Source: the human T2T-CHM13v2.0 reference genome, Homo sapiens
Assembly: GCF_009914755.1 (NCBI RefSeq)
Contig: NC_060934.1
Length of the DNA: 64,000 bases
Strand: one strand, 5' to 3'
The translations under genes and the position numbers were made by a program. Shown piece after piece: positions 56,391 to 64,000 of this stretch. The stretch's first letter is position 1; every line of letters starts with the position of its first letter. The notes under the pieces were generated by a model that did no database searches, was not told the DNA's origin, and saw nothing but the letters and a program-made list of their open reading frames with translations.

Positions 56391-56889
56391 ATCTCCATCT
56401 AATTATACCCAATAAGTATGATCTCTGAAAGAAAGACACAGGTTATAATAGAATCTTGTCAGCCCAGAGTACAAACAGACAGGGAAATGGTCTGACTTTT
56501 ATCTTATGTCGCCAAGCAGTCACAGAAGAGACAGCTAGGAAATCAGGACCGGAAGCATAATTGTTTTAGGGAGAGAAGGTCTCTCAAAAATAAAGATTGA
56601 TCGAACAATCACAAATGACTTCAATGGGAAGAACAAGGAGAACAAGGTAAGAAGGCATAGAGAGCTCCAAAGACAGGAGGGTATATCATGGCAGCTCCCA
56701 ATCTCTAACACTCCCACCCTTCCTCCAACTCCAAAACCCTAACACAGTCTCCCCACTGTACCCTGGAACTGTGTCCCCCTGTTGCAGGGGAAAGCAGTTG
56801 TAGGAGACGTGGCTCTTTCCTCTCTGCTATGATGCATTCTAAGTATAAGGCACATTCAACACAAAACTGGACATTAATGCGCAAGCACT

Positions 56890-57208
56890 GTTTTGTCTTG
56901 TTTTGTTTTGTTTTGTTTTGTTTTTTATTGAGACGGAGTCTCGCTCTGTCGTCCAGGCTGGAGTGCAGTGGCACGATCTTGGCTCACTGCAATCCCCGCC
57001 TCCCAGGTTCAAGTGATCCTCTCACTTCAGCCTCCTGAGTAGCTGAGATTACAGATGCGTACTACCATGCCAGGCTAATTTTTATATTTTTAGTAGAGTT
57101 GGGGTTTCACCATGTTGGTCAGACTGGTCACGAACTCCTGGCCTCAAGGGGTCTGCTCACCTCAGCTTCCCAAAGTTCTGGGATTATAGGTGTGAGCCAC
57201 CACACCAA
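56890..57208 (-). mobile_element. AluS with (TTTTG)n tail
   Basis: Full-length reverse Alu. Confidence 0.9.
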
Positions 57209-57249
57209 GCACACTAAGTTTTAAAGTAACTTATTTATCATACTTTTCA

Positions 57250-57551
<302 letters not shown>

Positions 57552-57597
57552 AGTTTTCACATTTTTGTTTTTGCATCACTACTAATTAAAGATTCCA

Positions 57598-59032
57598 GTG
57601 GAACAGAACAGAGGCCTTAGAAAAAATGCCACACATCTACAACCATCTGATCTTTGACAAACCTGACAAAAACAAGCAATGGGGAAAGGATTCCCTATTT
57701 AATAAATGGTGTTGGGAAAATTGGCTAGCCATATGCAGAAAACTGAAACTGGACCCCTTCCTTAAACCTTATACAAAAATTAACTCAACATGGATTAAAG
57801 ATTTAAACGTAAGGCCTAAAACCATAAAAACCCTAGAAGAAAACCTAGGCAATACCATTCAGGACATAGACATGGGCAAGGACTTCATGACTAAAACACC
57901 AAAAGCAATGGCAACAAAGCCAAAATTGACAAATGGGATCTAATTAAACTAAAGAGCTTCTTCACTGCAAAACAAACTATCATCAGAGTGAACAGGCAAC
58001 CTACAGAATGGGAGAAAATTTTTGCAATCTACCCATCTGACAAAGGGCTAATATCCAGAATATACAAAGAACTTAAACAAATTTACAAGAAAAAAACAAA
58101 CAACTCCATCGAAAAGTGAGCGAAGGATATGAACAGACACTTCTCAAAAGAAGACATTTATGTGGCCAATAACCGTATGAAGAAAAGCTCATCATCACTG
58201 GTCAATAGAGAAATGCAAATAAAAACCACAATGAGATACCATCTCACACCAGTTAGAATGGCAATCATTAAAAAGTCAGGAAACAACAGATGCTGGAGAG
58301 GTTGTGGAGAAATAGGAACACTTTTACACTGTTGGTGGGAGTTTAAATTAGTTCAATCATTGTGGAAGACAGTATGGCGATTCCTCAAGGATCTAGAACA
58401 AGAAATACCATTTGACCCAGTAATCCCATTACTGAGTATATACCTAAAGGATTATAAATCATTCTACTATAAAGACACCTGCACACGTATGTTTATTGTA
58501 GCACTGTTCACAATAGCAAAGACTTGGAACCAACCCAAATGCCCATCAATGTTAGACTGGATGAAGAAAATGTGGCACATATGCACCATGTATACACCAT
58601 GTACAGCCATAAATGTGGCACATATATGCCATGTATACACCATGTACAGCCATAAGAAAGGGATAAGAAAGGGTGAATTCATGTTCTTTGCAGGGACATG
58701 GTTGAAACTGGAAACCATCATTCTCAGCAAACTAACACAAGAACAGAAAACCGAACATGTTTTGTTTGAAAACACTGCATGTTCTCACTCATAAGTGGGA
58801 GTTGAACAATGAGAACACATGAACACAGGGAGGGGAACATCACACACTGGGGCCTGTCAGGGGGTGGGGTGCTAGGGGAGGGATAGCATTAGGAGAAATA
58901 CCTAATGTAGATGACAGGTTGACGAGTGCAGCAAACGACCATGGCACATGTATACCTATGTAACAAACCTGCACATTCTGCACGTGTACCCCAGAACTTA
59001 AAGTATAATTAAAGAATAAAATAAAATAAAAA
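57598..59032 (+). mobile_element. L1PA (about PA7/8) 3' 1.4 kb, 5'-truncated
   Basis: ORF2 C-terminal remnants ([26 protein letters not shown]; [16 protein letters not shown]), G-rich 3' UTR, A tail, TSD aaagatt(a)cca. Confidence 0.95.
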
Positions 59033-60442
59033 GATTACCACTTCTAAAGAGGAATTTGGTGAGTCAGCGCCTGGAAAACAAATTATTTAGACAGCAGCAG
59101 CATCAAAGAGCTGGCCGATAAGAGTTGTTCACCAGTTCAGACTTCAACCCTCTTTCCTACAAATATGTTTAGATCCTGCCTTCCTGCCAGGCTGCTGTAT
59201 GTGCTGATTACAATTCTCAATTTCATTTTTAAAAAGAGAAGATGGAAAAGGGTGAGTTGATTGATTAACATAGCTGACCAGTCATTAAAAAAAAAAAGAT
59301 TGGATCCTGAATTCTAGCATTTCTCCAGTCCAACATTTACCAACAGCTGGCATTCCTGAAAATGTAAGATACAACTGGTAGAGATGTTAGAAAAAGAGGC
59401 AGTGACTGCAAAGGATTTGATGGCTGAGCCTGAGAAATACGTTCATCAAGTCTGTGAAGGAGTCAATAATTAAAATCTCAATTTCCCTAAAGGATTACCC
59501 TTATCTTCAGACCTGCAGATAAATGCTCTGATATTTTTCATAGCTTTTTAAATCAAGGTGTATGACCTTGGGAAACAAACACAATTGCTTCTCTTAATCC
59601 CAGGCCATTTAACCACATCACAGTCAGAAACAGGCTTAGGGGAACACTACTCCCAAATTACGCAGCCTTTTAGGTCATTGTCCTGGAAAACAAAATCAAC
59701 AGGAAAGTCCAGGTACGTCTATACTCTTGTAAATTAAAACTATGATTTGAGGAAGACTCTTTAAATGGTTTTCCTTGAGAATATATTTCTAGCTCTAACT
59801 AACTGATGAGGAGAAAGTAGGAGAGAAAAGGTCAACAGCCAAAAAGATAGTATTAACATGTTAGAGGATTCAAGTAATCAACTTAAAAAAAAAAACTAGG
59901 GTTAATAAGAAAAATGAGAAATGTAATAAGCTTTATTTGCTCCATTATAAACGGAAAAGTGATTTACTTTCTTAGTGTCTTAATGGATACCTGCTGCCTA
60001 CGTTGACAGAGTGGAGCTTTTCACAAAGGAATCAACCTGTGAAACCTGGTTGTGCCTTCTGAACCATCTTTTCCATCAGTCCTTTCTTCTGATGCATTGT
60101 GTCGCATCTGAATTCTATCTCAGCATTACTCCACCCCTTCCTGGGAATTTGTGATTGTTTAATTGATGTTCAGGGAAAACAGATAAGAAGAAGGAGGGTT
60201 GATTCTGTTACTGACATCCTATACAATGAAGTCTTGTAATAATGTTCAAGCCTTTTCAATGCCAAGCCCAGAGTAACTGCTCTCTTCCCTTCCTCCCTAT
60301 ATGCTTCCATCTCTAACATCCACTTAATGAAATCACCTTTGCAAAAATTACAACAGTACGAAAATTATGGCAGTGAAAGAGATCTGATTTAACCCATCCC
60401 ACCATCTTGCCTTTCCCTTAATTGCTCCTGGGCTTAGGCTAA

Positions 60443-61154
<712 letters not shown>

Positions 61155-62020
61155 TTTAGTTTATACTTTAAATGATAATAGCCCTTCCCCTAAACTAAAC
61201 CTCTTTTGTGAAGCTAATGAAAGGTCATGAGGCTAGGGTGATGGAGAGGAATGGGAAGATATGCAACACCACTATTGCAAGTTGGAATTTGAGGTATCTT
61301 TTCAGGCTTTTTGCATGTCTGACACCCATGGCTCCACCTGGACCCAAGGCCTCCCTCACATCCTGTGGCCCCACCCAGAAGCAACTCAGCTTAACAGGAC
61401 AGCATTGACCCCTATGAGCTCATCTCTGCCCCAGCCAATCAGCATCAAGCACCCATTACCTGGCCATCCCCAGCCCTTCCCCCAAACTGCCTTTGAAAGA
61501 GCCTTGAATGAGATTGACTTGAATACTAACTCCATCTCCTATGTGGTATGGTTGATGTCGTGTCTATTCAACCTTTCTTTACTGCAATGCCATGGTCCTC
61601 CTTTGTGCAGTGGGCAGGAAGAACCCCTCAGGTGGTTACATTAGTACTTACCCTACACCGTGAGTTAGTTGTCTGTTTATGTGTACTATTCATGCTTTCA
61701 GAGTAGATGGTCATGTAATTGACACAGAAGCCATTAAGTGAGATAATGGAAGTGATTAATGTCATATATTTCTATAACTTTCCCACACCATATAGCACAA
61801 TACCTTGTAATCAATTAATATTTATTAAATATATGTATATTTTAGCAGCATTTTGTTAAATAGGCTAAACTTCATTACTCAACTGCACAATGAGAGATTA
61901 AGATTAGGTGACCTTTAAATTTCTTTTGAATTTTACTAGTCTATGATTGTCATCATTAATTTGCAATCAAATGTTACATTAACATTTCTCTTTGCACAAT
62001 CTATAAGAAACAAGTGCTGA

Positions 62021-62950
<930 letters not shown>

Positions 62951-63004
62951 GGATGAGTTGGCAAAATCATGCCAAGGTCTTTTGTGAAATATTAAGAAGT
63001 TTAG

Positions 63005-64000
<996 letters not shown>

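Noticed and set aside
57626-58794. 105-aa and 221-aa ORFs as an active retroelement
   Set aside because: Only the ORF2 C-terminus of a 5'-truncated, frameshifted L1PA; no endonuclease or RT core

Overview
Primate (human-like) intronic or intergenic DNA: AT-rich, CpG-depleted, no CpG island and no multi-exon protein-coding gene I can name. Roughly half is transposon-derived: about 37 Alu copies or fragments, L1 3' ends (PA/PB/MA/MB/ME), L2/MIR relics, a near full-length Tigger1, MER1A, about eleven ERV/MaLR solo LTRs and a MamSINE1-like element. Nearly all ORFs in the supplied track are repeat or low-complexity artefacts. The best functional candidates are (i) a repeat-poor block at ~27.8-34 kb with three minus-strand splice acceptors that look like alternative last exons, one with a ~2 kb UTR and AATAAA, just downstream of an intact solo LTR carrying a splice donor, and (ii) a dense GATA cluster with CTCF-like and AP-1 motifs at ~54 kb. 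The clearest unusual signals read directly from the sequence are scars of templated copying: an inverted AluJ pair sharing private mutations, a 51-bp fold-back duplication inside an L1, two 9-bp template-switch hairpins and nested tandem duplications. There is also a five-level nest of repeats. I found no evidence of a new enzymatic or defence system. Subfamily names come from remembered consensus sequences, and boundaries of old elements are approximate.
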